Source: an uncultured Capnocytophaga sp. (GTDB taxonomy: Bacteria > Bacteroidota > Bacteroidia > Flavobacteriales > Flavobacteriaceae). Taken from it: a stretch of DNA of 57,914 nucleotides. The stretch's first letter is position 1, and every line of letters starts with the position of its first letter. A model generated the notes under the pieces. The model was not told the origin of the DNA and did no database searches. It saw nothing but the letters and a program-made list of their open reading frames with translations. Made by a program: the position numbers and the translations under genes. The stretch covers positions 1 to 57,914 of the forward strand of contig CALFOY010000340.1 in assembly GCA_937919265.1 (NCBI GenBank), written 5' to 3'. Positions 20,518 through 31,335 of the stretch are shown in pieces.

Positions 20518-22014
20518 TTATGCTTTTGGAATTAGAGATTTGTAAAAAATAAAACCAAAACCAAAAGTAAGCATTAAATGAAATGGAAACAATCCAAAGT
20601 CATTGAGTTTTATTCCACTATACAATCCGAATAAAAAATAACACATTAGTAAAAATTCTAATATCATATTCGGAGAAAGTTTTGTATTAATATATTTATT
20701 TCCTTTCCAAGAATCTGTAAGTGAGCTAATATTAAATTTTGGAGTACGAACAAATTCACTTTTTTTACCAAAATATCCTTGTAAAACGGCAGAAACATTG
20801 TGTAATGAAAAGCCTAATGCAATGGAAAAGAATGAGAAAAATAATTTTATATAATCTACAAAATCATCAAATGTTTTTCCTTGAATATTCTTATAAGTAA
20901 TCCAATAACAACAGAATAAAATAATTGTACTAGCAATAAAGAAACTTGTTACTTCAAAGACCCAAGCTAAATGTGGGTAAGTTTTCTTGATGTACATCAT
21001 AGGTACGCTAAGCACAGCAACAATGAAAACGTATAAGAACATAGAACTATTGAGTAAATGCATCACGCCGTGGAATTTTGTTTTCCACCCTATGTTTTTG
21101 GAAATTAGTACTTTACGTACGGATTTTTTAAATACTTCAGCGCCTCCTTTATTCCATCGGAACTGTTGAGAACGAGCGGCAGAAACCACTACAGGAAGTT
21201 CAGCAGGAGTTTCAACATCTTCTAAGTATTTAAATTTCCAGTTTTTTAGTTGTGCTCTATAACTTAAATCAAGGTCTTCTGTTAGTGTATCTCCTTCCCA
21301 GTTTCCAGCATCAAGAATTGTAGCTTTTCTCCAAATACCCGCAGTACCATTGAAGTTGATGAAGTGTCCTTTTGAGTTTCGTCCAACTTGTTCAAGGGTG
21401 AAGTGAGTGTCTAAGGCAAGTGCTTGTATTTTAGTTAATAAAGAATAATTTCTGTTAATATGTCCCCATCTTGTTTGTACAACACCTATGCGCTCATCTT
21501 TAAAATAAATAACGGTTTTCTTTAGCCAATCAGGTTGAGGAAGGAAGTCCGCATCAAAAATAGCTATAAAATCTCCTTTTGCAAAGGCTGTAGCATATTT
21601 AAGAGCTCCTGCTTTGAAGCCTTCACGGTTTTCTCTACGAATGTGAACAATGTCTAATCCTGTTTTTTGTAACTCACTGATAATTTGTGCTGTTTCTATA
21701 ACAGATTCATCAGTAGAGTCGTCAAGGACTTGTATTTCTAGTTTATTTTTTGGATACTCTAACTTGGCAATATTTTCTAATAGACGACGAACTACATATT
21801 TTTCATTATAAATAGGTAGCTGTACAGTAATATAAGGTATTTCATTTGGATCTAAGAGATTAAATTTAGGAGCATCTATATTTTGTTTTTTATTTCTTAG
21901 ATAATTAACAGCTAAGTTAAGAATTGTAAGACTGTAGAAAAAAATAAGCAACAAAGCCAAACAATACACACCTGTAACGATATAAGTAATGATTAAACCT
22001 AAGTCCATAAACAT
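20518..22014 (-). CDS. Membrane GT2 glycosyltransferase (cellulose/mannan synthase-like)
   Basis: LDDSTD, KAGAL, FDADF, TEDLD and QQFRW motifs plus TM helices. Confidence 0.92.
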   Translation of the reverse strand: MFMDLGLIITYIVTGVYCLALLLIFFYSLTILNLAVNYLRNKKQNIDAPKFNLLDPNEIPYITVQLPIYNEKYVVRRLLENIAKLEYPKNKLEIQVLDDSTDESVIETAQIISELQKTGLDIVHIRRENREGFKAGALKYATAFAKGDFIAIFDADFLPQPDWLKKTVIYFKDERIGVVQTRWGHINRNYSLLTKIQALALDTHFTLEQVGRNSKGHFINFNGTAGIWRKATILDAGNWEGDTLTEDLDLSYRAQLKNWKFKYLEDVETPAELPVVVSAARSQQFRWNKGGAEVFKKSVRKVLISKNIGWKTKFHGVMHLLNSSMFLYVFIVAVLSVPMMYIKKTYPHLAWVFEVTSFFIASTIILFCCYWITYKNIQGKTFDDFVDYIKLFFSFFSIALGFSLHNVSAVLQGYFGKKSEFVRTPKFNISSLTDSWKGNKYINTKLSPNMILEFLLMCYFLFGLYSGIKLNDFGLFPFHLMLTFGFGFIFYKSLIPKA

Positions 22015-22224
22015 ATTATTTTTTGAGTGAGCAAAGATACGGAGTTTTTTTTATTTTTGTAATCATTTAACATATTATTTTTTTAACATAATATTTAATA
22101 TCTTGTTTATTAGGAATATATTAAATAGAAAAATGATTTTTAATCACTGAAAATATTATTTCAAATAAAAGTAAAAATCCTAAAAAAGCTTAATACTTTC
22201 TTAGGATTTTTTATTTTTCAAAAA

Positions 22225-25200
22225 CTAATTAAAATTGTATCTAATAGTGAAGCCTGCTCTTATTGTTGTCATAGGGTAGGCGGTAGAGATGGCATATTTT
22301 GAAAAAGAATAATCAAAATAGAACATCGTAGTTAAATTTTTAGAAAAAGCATAATCTGCTGTAAAACGAGCTAGCCAAGAAGTCTGTCCAGATGTTACTT
22401 GGTTGTCATCAAATTCCATATTACGAATAACTGTAAAATCATTTCGTAATGAAATATCTGCTTTCAGATTTAAATCACTTTTTATAGTGATGTCTCTTCC
22501 GTTGAATTTGGTAACTAAGCGTAAATCTCTGAAACGATAGCCTAACCCAAAGCGGTATTCTTTTCGAGCAACTTCTGTAAGATAATTATTATCCAAACTG
22601 ATAGATATTGTTCTATCTCTACGTAGTTCAGCAAGTAGGCTTAGTGTATTTTGCATTTCCATATCTACACGAATAAGCGGTGTAAATTGTTCAACTAAAT
22701 TCACATTGGTATAGAGTTTTTCATTTCTAAAATTCCCTGCTTGGTCTAGAGAATTTGGACTTTGTTGATATTCAAGATTAGTTCTAAAATCACTTAAAGA
22801 ATATGTACTTGAATAGCCGTGAGATAGTGAAAAACGTCTGAATAATTTACGGAAGCTATCCAACTTCATTAGCCCAGTGTATCGAATATTCCAGTTAGGA
22901 ATAGGAATGGTTCTGAAAGGACTAAGAGAAACATTCTCTGCATTTTTTCCTGTATAAGCAGAATAAAAAGCAGGCATTAATACAGCTTGATTTGTTTTAC
23001 CAAATCCTTTTGGATATCCGTCATCATCTAAATTATTTGGGTTAGAAATATCAATACCACGTTCAGTAGCTAACCTTCTAGCAATTGTAATTCTATTATT
23101 CTTAAAGGTTTGGAAGGCTTTTGAGCTATACTCATCAGAACGAAGGAATGAAGTACTTATCATATTATCAGAAATTAAGAAATTTCCTACTTGGTTTCCA
23201 ATGAGTTTATTATATTGTCCTGTTATGGCATTGAATGTTTCATTATAACTATCTACATATTCTCGATTTGCTTTTAGGTCAATTTGTAAATCTGTGGTTG
23301 GTTGTAAATTGGCTGTAAAAGCAAAGTTTTTACTATTTCTTTGAACAAATTGGTCATTAAAATCAGGGAAATTTGTAAGCCAACCTCTTCGACCAGCTTC
23401 ATAACGTATATCGTCTTGGAAGCCCATAGCATACCCCAAACTAGGCTTAGATGTACCAAAGAAGCCTACCTCTGGTAAGTAACCAGGCAATACAGAACCA
23501 CTATTTCCTGTATAAGTAACCCCAACTCTTTTAACCATTGTTATGATGTCTAAAAGATAATTTTCAAGTTTTGCTTTTGTATTTTTATTTCTTTGTTTTA
23601 CACCTAAAGAAGAATAAAATTTATCAAAAGTCATATTTGCTGTAAAATTATGATTTTGAGCATTTTGTATGGTATTTATTTGATGGTTTGCTACTTGTGT
23701 AAGAGCGTCAGACCCTCTGCTCCAGTCAAAATCTCCTGTATAAGAGTAAGATGCTTTAATGAAAGATAAATAAGGAATTTTATCTAACGGAAGCTCATAA
23801 TTTACTTTCAAAGAAGACATAAAATGGTCAGGCTTACCAGTGTTCCAGAAATCATTCCAAATGGAAAGTTCTTTGTTAATCAATTGTTCTCCGTTTTCAT
23901 ATTTATAATAATTGCGAACAATGTTGCTGTTAGAAGCATCATAACTTACTCTTAAAGATTTGGTAAGGTTATAATTCACTCCATATTGCCAATCAAATAA
24001 ATAATTTCTTTGTTGAAGCTCAGGAAGTGGAATTTGGTCATTTGCATTTACTCCTTGTTCATAAATTTCTCTGAAACGTTGCTTGCTAAAAGACCTATTG
24101 ATATTTGTAGCAAAGCGAATATTTGCAGGTAATAAATTTAAATTAAGCTCTGAAAGCCATTTTAAATATTTATTTTTGTTAATATAATTATTTGCTTTAA
24201 AAGGGGTTACATAATAAGGCTCAGCAGAGTAGGAGTAAAGGGCTCCTGTGCGTATATTTTGTTCATTTTGGTTTTCTATTTCAAAATCATGATGATCCAT
24301 TTGATTATAAGCATAATTGAAAGTGAAATTTTCTATATTGTAAAATTTCAATTTTTGTCCTTCAGAAAGATTCTTTTTCACGCCAATAAGTGTAATACCT
24401 TGACGCAAAGTATAATCTTCGGCTTGCCTTTGTATGGTATTTCTTTGTGTTTGGCTTGAAGCCATATTCAATCTGTCTTTTAGTTTTATGTCCTCATACT
24501 GAGGGTCGTACTCAGGTGTGGCTATGGCCTGAGAATGGTTTATCCCCACTGGTAGCTGAATATTCCATTTTTTAGGGAAAAGTTTCCCTGCATTGATATT
24601 CATCATAGCATCAAGTTGTTTGATTTCTTCACGGCTTCGTTCGTTAGGTTTTTGTTCAACCGTACCAAAGCCTGCTGTACTCATTTTTCCAGTGAGAGAC
24701 ATATCTATAAAATCAGCAGCATTCATATCTATGGCAGCAATTCCTGCCCAACCTCCGTGGTTTTCTAATTCGGCCAATCGTAATTCATTAAACCAAACTT
24801 CTCCACAAACTCTATTTGTAGTAGCATTTTTTACTCCAACCATTATCATTCTAACATTTCCTAAAGAAGGATTACCTTTAACTGCATAGCGATTTTGCCC
24901 TACAATATGTGCAGTAGTTGAAGGGTTAGTAATTTGGTTTAGATTTGCATCATAATAGGTAATTTGTGAAAGGGTATTGTTATTAATTCCTGTAGCTTTT
25001 ATTCGAGTTAGGTCACTCATAGGGATATCAAACATATTTTGTTTTGGCCAAATAGCATCTTCTGTATAAGCACCAGAAGGTGTAACTTGTAACGGAAGTT
25101 CTACTTGATAGAAGTTTTCTGATAAGTCTGAGCCTAAACGGATAAAAGCAATTAATTCATTATTATTCAATGAATTATTTTTATATTTTTCAGTATGTAC

Positions 25201-28200
25201 AAACATTTTTATACGTTTGTATTGGCGCAAATCTGCATTCATATTTTTATAAACCCCTCGAGCATCATTTGGGTCTAAATCACAAACAATATAAGAAAGA
25301 GACTGTTCATTTTGTCTTACTAATGTATTGTTTTGGTTAATTTGCTCACGATATACCCCAGGAGGCATACGATAAGGAATAGGCTGGCGACTTTCGTTTT
25401 CGATTAAATTTACAGAACCTATCTCTGTATGAGTACCTGTGCCAGGTGTAGAAAGGTCGTCTTTTAGAGTTTTTGTATAATTTCTCCAATCTCCACGGAT
25501 AAGGTCTAAGGTTCCAAAGCGCAATACAACATCATTATTAAAGCCTCTTAAATACATACGAATGTGGGTAACTGAGCGTAAATCTCCGCCACCTCCATAG
25601 TCTTTTCTGTCAGAAGATTTAACAGGAATTTTATACTGAATCCATCGTGCCCGCACTTGTTGCCCATTTGGAGCATCAACATATACCTCACGAATGTCAG
25701 ATACATATTGGTCTGTCCTTTGTATATTTCCTTTGATAGGAACACGATATTCGTAATAACTATTAACAGTATTCATTGTATTATCTCGGTTAATATCCTC
25801 TACATCAGGTTGTAAAGAACCTCCTTGACTTCCTCCAGCAGAAGCAGGAGAATTTCCTTGTAAGCCATTGTAATTCAGATATCTGTTTAAAATACCTCCA
25901 TTGCGAGATAAATAATATTCATAGTTATCGAGAGCTGGGTCATTCGGAGAAGAACTAATATTATTAGTATATATTGAGCGTTCTTCATTGTCATTAAGTC
26001 CGTCAAGACCAACATCTTGTAAATTTCTATTTTCACTATTGTTATCAAAAGTATATACTAATGACTGAGCAACAGGTGTTTTCCCCCAGGCAGTTGTATG
26101 CGTAGGAGACTGGATAGAAAGTCCGGGCAAGCCATTTTCATATTGTTTTCTACCATCTTTTAAGATATCTTCAGAAATATTCCCTAAATCAAAAACTAAT
26201 TCTCCAGAAGATGATGGAGTAAATTCTCCTGAAGTATAAGGGTCTAATAACCAGAATTGTATATACTCAATGTTATTATCTTCAAAATTGGTTGTAGAGA
26301 GCCCACGCATTATACCTGCCCATTTTTTATCAGCGGTAAAAGAGGTAAAATCTGGGTTGTTATTATAAGAACCTTTTTGAGATGGATAATAAGCTAAATC
26401 AAGAGTATTTTGAATTAAAAGTTCACCTTGTGCGATTTCTTTTTCAGGGAAAATTTCTTTTACATATACTCTTCGGGTACTATTTTTTGAAATTTCATTA
26501 GAACTCACATCGCTTGGTTTATTATCAGAATAGAAAATAGGATCTATACTATACCAAGATAATTTAGCTCTTCCGTAACCGTTTTTCAAGTTTTCAGGGT
26601 CGTCAGGAGTATTTCCATATAAGGTTTGAGAAGGATAACTTCCTTGTCCAAAGTGCAGAGGCGTACTGGCTAAAGACCAAGCTCGAGCACCACGAATATC
26701 AATAGTAGATTGAGCTCCTTCAAAATCATCAAGATACGCTGTTACTTCCCCATCAAAATCTGTACTACTTGGCGCACTTGGCTGTAAAAAAGCTACTTCT
26801 CCACGAACGGAAAGATTAGACATTACATCACTTTGTAATGAAGGAACTTTGTTAAGTAATCTTGTAAGAAAAGGCATTTCAGTAGAATAGCTTCCGCCAA
26901 ATCCAAAAATAGAATTATTTACAGGTTCTTGCCCAAAATTTGCTTTCTGAGTAAAGGGTCTTTCTCGCATATTGATAAAAGAAGCACCTAACCTAAATTT
27001 ATCATTGAATTTATGTTCCATATTTATACCCATAAAACGCCTATTTTGTCCGCCAAAAACTAAATTATTTTCGACAGAAACTTGTATTGGCATATTAGAA
27101 TTTTCAATAGAAGGATCTATAATCTGAACGATACCTGTTTGATAATTAACAACATAGTCTATTCCTTCTTGAAGAATACGCCCTCCTACAGTTACCCGAA
27201 CGGAACCTTTAGGAATATTAAATGCTCCTATTGAAATACCCTTTCCGCTAGCAGATTTATAGCGTCCTTTTAAGGAAAATTTGTTTTTTTCAGCATCTTC
27301 CTGAGCTTTTGCTTTTATGTCTGTATAAAGTGAACGATATACGTATTTTTTTTGGTTAGCATTCCAAAGGGTAGGATTATTATACTGTCCTCCTCCTAGT
27401 TTTTTAAATAAAAATTCTCCAAAAGGCTCAACTTTTGTGAAAATAATTTTTCCAAATTCAGGGTCAATTGTTATGCCATTTACAAAATCAAAGAAGCCAT
27501 CTCCGCCATTTTGTGGATCATTATAAGAATTTAATCTATCAAAATTGAATAATTGAAGAAGAATTTTTCTTGTAAGTTCTTGATTCCAAGTGTTTTCATC
27601 AACAGGAGAAATGTAATTAATAGGGGAGGGGTTGTTATAAAAAATATTTAATTTGAAATCTTCAGGATTAATATCAATCGCATTAAGAGAATAAATATTT
27701 TTCATCATTAATTTCCAAATAGGGTCTCCTGTTACTACTCGGTTACTCTTTAACATTTTGAGCACTAGGCAGTTATTGGTTATTTTGTTTTGCCCTGCTT
27801 CAATAATATTTGTAGTTGCAGAAATACCATCGTTTGCAAATTCTCCTACTTGATATACATTTCCTTCGTAAGTGTATTGGTAAGCAACAGCTAATATTTC
27901 ATCATTGCTAAGTCTTTGGCTTAGAGAAATATAGCCTAATTGTTTATGTACTTTATAATCTTTGCCTTCTTCTAATTTTTGAGCATTTTCTAAAATGGAA
28001 TAATCAAAGCCTTCATTAACAGAATTAGACATTGTCCCGAAACCATTTTTAACAGTAGCAACATCACGTATGTCTTTGGTTAATATAGAGTTAGAAGAGC
28101 CAATACTTATTGGGTTATATTTATTAGCTTCATTGGTAGGTCTGTTTCCGATGGAGCCTGTAAAAAAGCCTGAAGGAGCATTGTTGTTGATACGAGTATT

Positions 28201-29268
28201 TTCAGGTAATGCTTCTCCTAAGTCTTGTAAGGCTACGATATTACGTATATTTGCTGTTCTATTGACACGATTAGTAGCCCATACTTCTACTCGAACTATT
28301 TGGACTTTACTTCGAATATAAGGATAGTTTTCAAGAGCTTGGTCATATTGGTCTCTAAAAAATTGAGAAAGGAAATAGTTTCTGTTTTCATCATAATCAA
28401 GAGCTCTAATTTCAAAATTTTGAAAAGTTCCTCCACCTTGTGAAGTAAGAGTTTTGGACTGAGAGCGTTGCTCAGAGAATACTCCCGTTATAGTAGTTCT
28501 ACCAAATTGTAGTTCCATTTTTGCTCCAAAAAGACTTTGAGCACCAGTAATCAGAGAGTTATTCAAAGGCATATTTACATTACCTAATTCTATTTTTCTG
28601 ACAATATCATCTTCATTTGGAGCATATTCTAATTTAAAAATATTCTGAAAATCAAAGGTAGCTTGTGTATCATACATCGCATTGATATTTACACGAGTAC
28701 CTACTTTACCTTGCACTCCAAGGCTTATTCGTTGGTCAAAATCTATCCCGTAAGTATTTCTATATTCGGGACTTAGAGCAGGATTATCATTCCTAGTATA
28801 ACGAAAACCTAAGTCAAATCCAACATTTCCTTGCGGAATAATATCTATATTATTTCCTCCAAAGATAGTTTCAAAAAATTCTGATTTTACATAAAATTCA
28901 GGTAATAAATCTCGCTGAATAGCTTGTGTTTTAGCATCGGTGGGCTGGCTACTTAAGGCTTTTGTTTTCTCACGGAAATATTGTCCAGAGCGCTCTCTCA
29001 TTACCAAGTCTTCGTATTGAGCAGGAGTCAAAAACATTGGTATTGATATATCGTAATTGCCTAATTTCTCAGTATATACATATTGTTTCAAAGATGAATT
29101 ATATTGATATTTACGAGAAATTTTTTCAGAATCTTTTAGTAAAATTTTTTGTAAAGAATTACTTACTTCTACACTATCTTTTGCTTTTTCTTGTGCGTTA
29201 GAAATCAGTGGGTTACTAAGTAAAAGAAAAAATAAAAGATACCCAAAATATTGAATTTGTTTCATCAT
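22225..29268 (-). CDS. sprA: Type IX secretion outer-membrane translocon SprA (Sov)
   Basis: 2347 aa; FDQRIS, YDTQATFDFQN, IELGNV, EVWFNELRL motifs; C-terminal IRYNFN; lies downstream of ruvA as in Bacteroidetes. Confidence 0.96.
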   Translation of the reverse strand: MMKQIQYFGYLLFFLLLSNPLISNAQEKAKDSVEVSNSLQKILLKDSEKISRKYQYNSSLKQYVYTEKLGNYDISIPMFLTPAQYEDLVMRERSGQYFREKTKALSSQPTDAKTQAIQRDLLPEFYVKSEFFETIFGGNNIDIIPQGNVGFDLGFRYTRNDNPALSPEYRNTYGIDFDQRISLGVQGKVGTRVNINAMYDTQATFDFQNIFKLEYAPNEDDIVRKIELGNVNMPLNNSLITGAQSLFGAKMELQFGRTTITGVFSEQRSQSKTLTSQGGGTFQNFEIRALDYDENRNYFLSQFFRDQYDQALENYPYIRSKVQIVRVEVWATNRVNRTANIRNIVALQDLGEALPENTRINNNAPSGFFTGSIGNRPTNEANKYNPISIGSSNSILTKDIRDVATVKNGFGTMSNSVNEGFDYSILENAQKLEEGKDYKVHKQLGYISLSQRLSNDEILAVAYQYTYEGNVYQVGEFANDGISATTNIIEAGQNKITNNCLVLKMLKSNRVVTGDPIWKLMMKNIYSLNAIDINPEDFKLNIFYNNPSPINYISPVDENTWNQELTRKILLQLFNFDRLNSYNDPQNGGDGFFDFVNGITIDPEFGKIIFTKVEPFGEFLFKKLGGGQYNNPTLWNANQKKYVYRSLYTDIKAKAQEDAEKNKFSLKGRYKSASGKGISIGAFNIPKGSVRVTVGGRILQEGIDYVVNYQTGIVQIIDPSIENSNMPIQVSVENNLVFGGQNRRFMGINMEHKFNDKFRLGASFINMRERPFTQKANFGQEPVNNSIFGFGGSYSTEMPFLTRLLNKVPSLQSDVMSNLSVRGEVAFLQPSAPSSTDFDGEVTAYLDDFEGAQSTIDIRGARAWSLASTPLHFGQGSYPSQTLYGNTPDDPENLKNGYGRAKLSWYSIDPIFYSDNKPSDVSSNEISKNSTRRVYVKEIFPEKEIAQGELLIQNTLDLAYYPSQKGSYNNNPDFTSFTADKKWAGIMRGLSTTNFEDNNIEYIQFWLLDPYTSGEFTPSSSGELVFDLGNISEDILKDGRKQYENGLPGLSIQSPTHTTAWGKTPVAQSLVYTFDNNSENRNLQDVGLDGLNDNEERSIYTNNISSSPNDPALDNYEYYLSRNGGILNRYLNYNGLQGNSPASAGGSQGGSLQPDVEDINRDNTMNTVNSYYEYRVPIKGNIQRTDQYVSDIREVYVDAPNGQQVRARWIQYKIPVKSSDRKDYGGGGDLRSVTHIRMYLRGFNNDVVLRFGTLDLIRGDWRNYTKTLKDDLSTPGTGTHTEIGSVNLIENESRQPIPYRMPPGVYREQINQNNTLVRQNEQSLSYIVCDLDPNDARGVYKNMNADLRQYKRIKMFVHTEKYKNNSLNNNELIAFIRLGSDLSENFYQVELPLQVTPSGAYTEDAIWPKQNMFDIPMSDLTRIKATGINNNTLSQITYYDANLNQITNPSTTAHIVGQNRYAVKGNPSLGNVRMIMVGVKNATTNRVCGEVWFNELRLAELENHGGWAGIAAIDMNAADFIDMSLTGKMSTAGFGTVEQKPNERSREEIKQLDAMMNINAGKLFPKKWNIQLPVGINHSQAIATPEYDPQYEDIKLKDRLNMASSQTQRNTIQRQAEDYTLRQGITLIGVKKNLSEGQKLKFYNIENFTFNYAYNQMDHHDFEIENQNEQNIRTGALYSYSAEPYYVTPFKANNYINKNKYLKWLSELNLNLLPANIRFATNINRSFSKQRFREIYEQGVNANDQIPLPELQQRNYLFDWQYGVNYNLTKSLRVSYDASNSNIVRNYYKYENGEQLINKELSIWNDFWNTGKPDHFMSSLKVNYELPLDKIPYLSFIKASYSYTGDFDWSRGSDALTQVANHQINTIQNAQNHNFTANMTFDKFYSSLGVKQRNKNTKAKLENYLLDIITMVKRVGVTYTGNSGSVLPGYLPEVGFFGTSKPSLGYAMGFQDDIRYEAGRRGWLTNFPDFNDQFVQRNSKNFAFTANLQPTTDLQIDLKANREYVDSYNETFNAITGQYNKLIGNQVGNFLISDNMISTSFLRSDEYSSKAFQTFKNNRITIARRLATERGIDISNPNNLDDDGYPKGFGKTNQAVLMPAFYSAYTGKNAENVSLSPFRTIPIPNWNIRYTGLMKLDSFRKLFRRFSLSHGYSSTYSLSDFRTNLEYQQSPNSLDQAGNFRNEKLYTNVNLVEQFTPLIRVDMEMQNTLSLLAELRRDRTISISLDNNYLTEVARKEYRFGLGYRFRDLRLVTKFNGRDITIKSDLNLKADISLRNDFTVIRNMEFDDNQVTSGQTSWLARFTADYAFSKNLTTMFYFDYSFSKYAISTAYPMTTIRAGFTIRYNFN

Positions 29269-29849
29269 AATAGTTTAAGTGCTTGTTTTATAATCTCTTC
29301 AACAGAAAGATTGTCATTCGCTTTTGAAATAATTTTTTGAACTACATTTTCTGCAACTTTTTGAGGATATCCTAATACTTCAAGTGCAGAAAGAGCTTCT
29401 TGTTTATTTATATTCGTATCATTATTAGAAATTTCTTCAACTCCTCCTAGTTTAATCATTTTCTCTCGAAGGTCAAGAATTATTCGTTGTGCAGTTTTTG
29501 CTCCAATACCTTTTATACTTTGAATAGTTTTTGCGTCTCCATTGATAATTGCACTTTGTAATTGTGAAGGGCTAAGTGAAGATAACATAATTCTGGCAGT
29601 ACTGGCTCCAACTCCTGAGACAGATAATAGAAGGCTAAATACTTCTCTTTCAGATTTTTCATAAAAACCAAAAAGAGTATGAGCATCTTCTTTTATTTGT
29701 AAATAGGTATAAAGACGAAGTTGTTTCTCTTCAGAAATTTTAGAATAAGTATTCAATGAAATGTGTATCATATAGCCCACTCCATTGCAGTCAATAACTA
29801 CATAAGTAGGTGTTTTTTCTACTAATTGTCCTTGTAAATGTGTAATCAT
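29265..29849 (-). CDS. ruvA: Holliday junction branch migration protein RuvA
   Basis: GVGY, LFGF, VSGVG, IKGIGAKTAQRIILDL and ALEVLGY motifs. Confidence 0.97.
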   Translation of the reverse strand: MITHLQGQLVEKTPTYVVIDCNGVGYMIHISLNTYSKISEEKQLRLYTYLQIKEDAHTLFGFYEKSEREVFSLLLSVSGVGASTARIMLSSLSPSQLQSAIINGDAKTIQSIKGIGAKTAQRIILDLREKMIKLGGVEEISNNDTNINKQEALSALEVLGYPQKVAENVVQKIISKANDNLSVEEIIKQALKLL

Positions 29850-30042
29850 AAAACTATACAATTAAGGGGGCTAATATAGTTATTTTTTTTCAGTTATTTG
29901 TTTTTTTTATTTGAAAGATTTCAACAATATAAATTTAAAGGGAGAATATCTATATTTTAATTAAAATAAGGATGAAGATATTAATATAAATAAAAAAAGC
30001 TATCCTTTTTGGATAGCTTTTTTCTATATAAGAAAAATAAAA

Positions 30043-31215
30043 TTATTTTATTTCAAAAGTAGCTCTACGTGCTAATTGACGAGCATTAGAAGAGTTTTTA
30101 TTAACAGATTTGTCTTCACCTCTACCTTCAAAAGTAAGTCTAGAAGCATCAACACCTCTATCAGTTAATAATTTTTTAACAACATCAGCACGTTTTTGAG
30201 ATAATTTTTGGTTGTAGTTTTCTCCACCAATTTCATCAGCATAACCAACGATGTTGATATTAGCAGAAGGATTTTTAGCTAAGAAATTAGCAACGAAATC
30301 TGCTGCCCATAAAGAATATTTTTGAGGAGTAGAAGCATTGAAATCAAAATAAACATTGATATAACCTTTTTCAATAAGCTCACGAGCTGCATCACCAGAA
30401 GCGTAGTTTTCTCCAGCTTTGTTACCAAATTTTTGATTTAGGTAGTTTTCAAGCTCATCAGGAATATTATTGTTGTTAGTATCAATCATTTTGTCAGCTT
30501 TGTCATCAAGTTTTTTAAGAGCTTCTTGTGCAGCTGCTTCAGCTTTTGCTATACGATCTTCAAGTTCTTTAAGTTTTTTATCTTCACCATAGAACCAATC
30601 TGCGTGAACAGCTTGTTTTCCAAGTGCTATTTGAAGACCTAAAGTACCAGTAAAGTGAGTTCCTTCAAAACCTCTTTTTCCTGTAATAGAATGAGTGTCA
30701 TAAGTATTTTGTTGTCTTGCATTGAAAAATACAGAAGCATCTCCTAATAAAGTGATTCGATTGCTTAGACGTAATTGTGGTGTTAAACCAGCTGTAAGGA
30801 ATCCTATATGATCACCTTTGCTAAGTCTATCGCTATTAAGTTGAGAATACCCAAAACCAGCGTGAGCTAATAAACCAAGGTCTCTTGTCCAAGTTTCAAA
30901 GTTAAGAACACGTCCTACATTAACAACTCCTTGTAAATTTACATTCCAAAGGTTTGATTCAAATTTAGCAGATTCACTACCATCTTTAAAAGAGTCATAT
31001 CCTCCACCTAAACGGATACCAAATTTGTTATTAGCCATATAACGAACACCTACATTAGCAGTCCAGAAGTTAAACAAATCTGTTCTGTATCCAGGAGTTA
31101 AGCCTCTTACTGGTTTATTTACTCCTCCATTAAGGTCTATTGACCATTTGTTGTACTCTTGTGCTTGAGCTCCAAAAGTAACTAAAGCCGCTAAGGCTAA
31201 AATTTGTTTTCTCAT
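30043..31215 (-). CDS. OmpA family outer-membrane protein
   Basis: Signal peptide, N-terminal barrel, C-terminal VYFDFN...GYADE...NQKLSQKRA domain. Confidence 0.92.
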   Translation of the reverse strand: MRKQILALAALVTFGAQAQEYNKWSIDLNGGVNKPVRGLTPGYRTDLFNFWTANVGVRYMANNKFGIRLGGGYDSFKDGSESAKFESNLWNVNLQGVVNVGRVLNFETWTRDLGLLAHAGFGYSQLNSDRLSKGDHIGFLTAGLTPQLRLSNRITLLGDASVFFNARQQNTYDTHSITGKRGFEGTHFTGTLGLQIALGKQAVHADWFYGEDKKLKELEDRIAKAEAAAQEALKKLDDKADKMIDTNNNNIPDELENYLNQKFGNKAGENYASGDAARELIEKGYINVYFDFNASTPQKYSLWAADFVANFLAKNPSANINIVGYADEIGGENYNQKLSQKRADVVKKLLTDRGVDASRLTFEGRGEDKSVNKNSSNARQLARRATFEIK

Positions 31216-31335
31216 AAAAATCTGAATTTTAAAAATTAAATGTATGTTTTAAATTCTTCAATGTGGGGGCAAAGGTAATGAAAAAAATAGAAATTCCAAA
31301 TATATTTAGAAAAATATTTTTTAATCTATTAGAAA

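Noticed and set aside
22081..22108. dif-like site (XerD-like arm TTATGTTAAAA on the minus strand); similar half match at 41181
   Set aside because: The XerC arm does not match; such half sites are expected by chance in very AT-rich DNA
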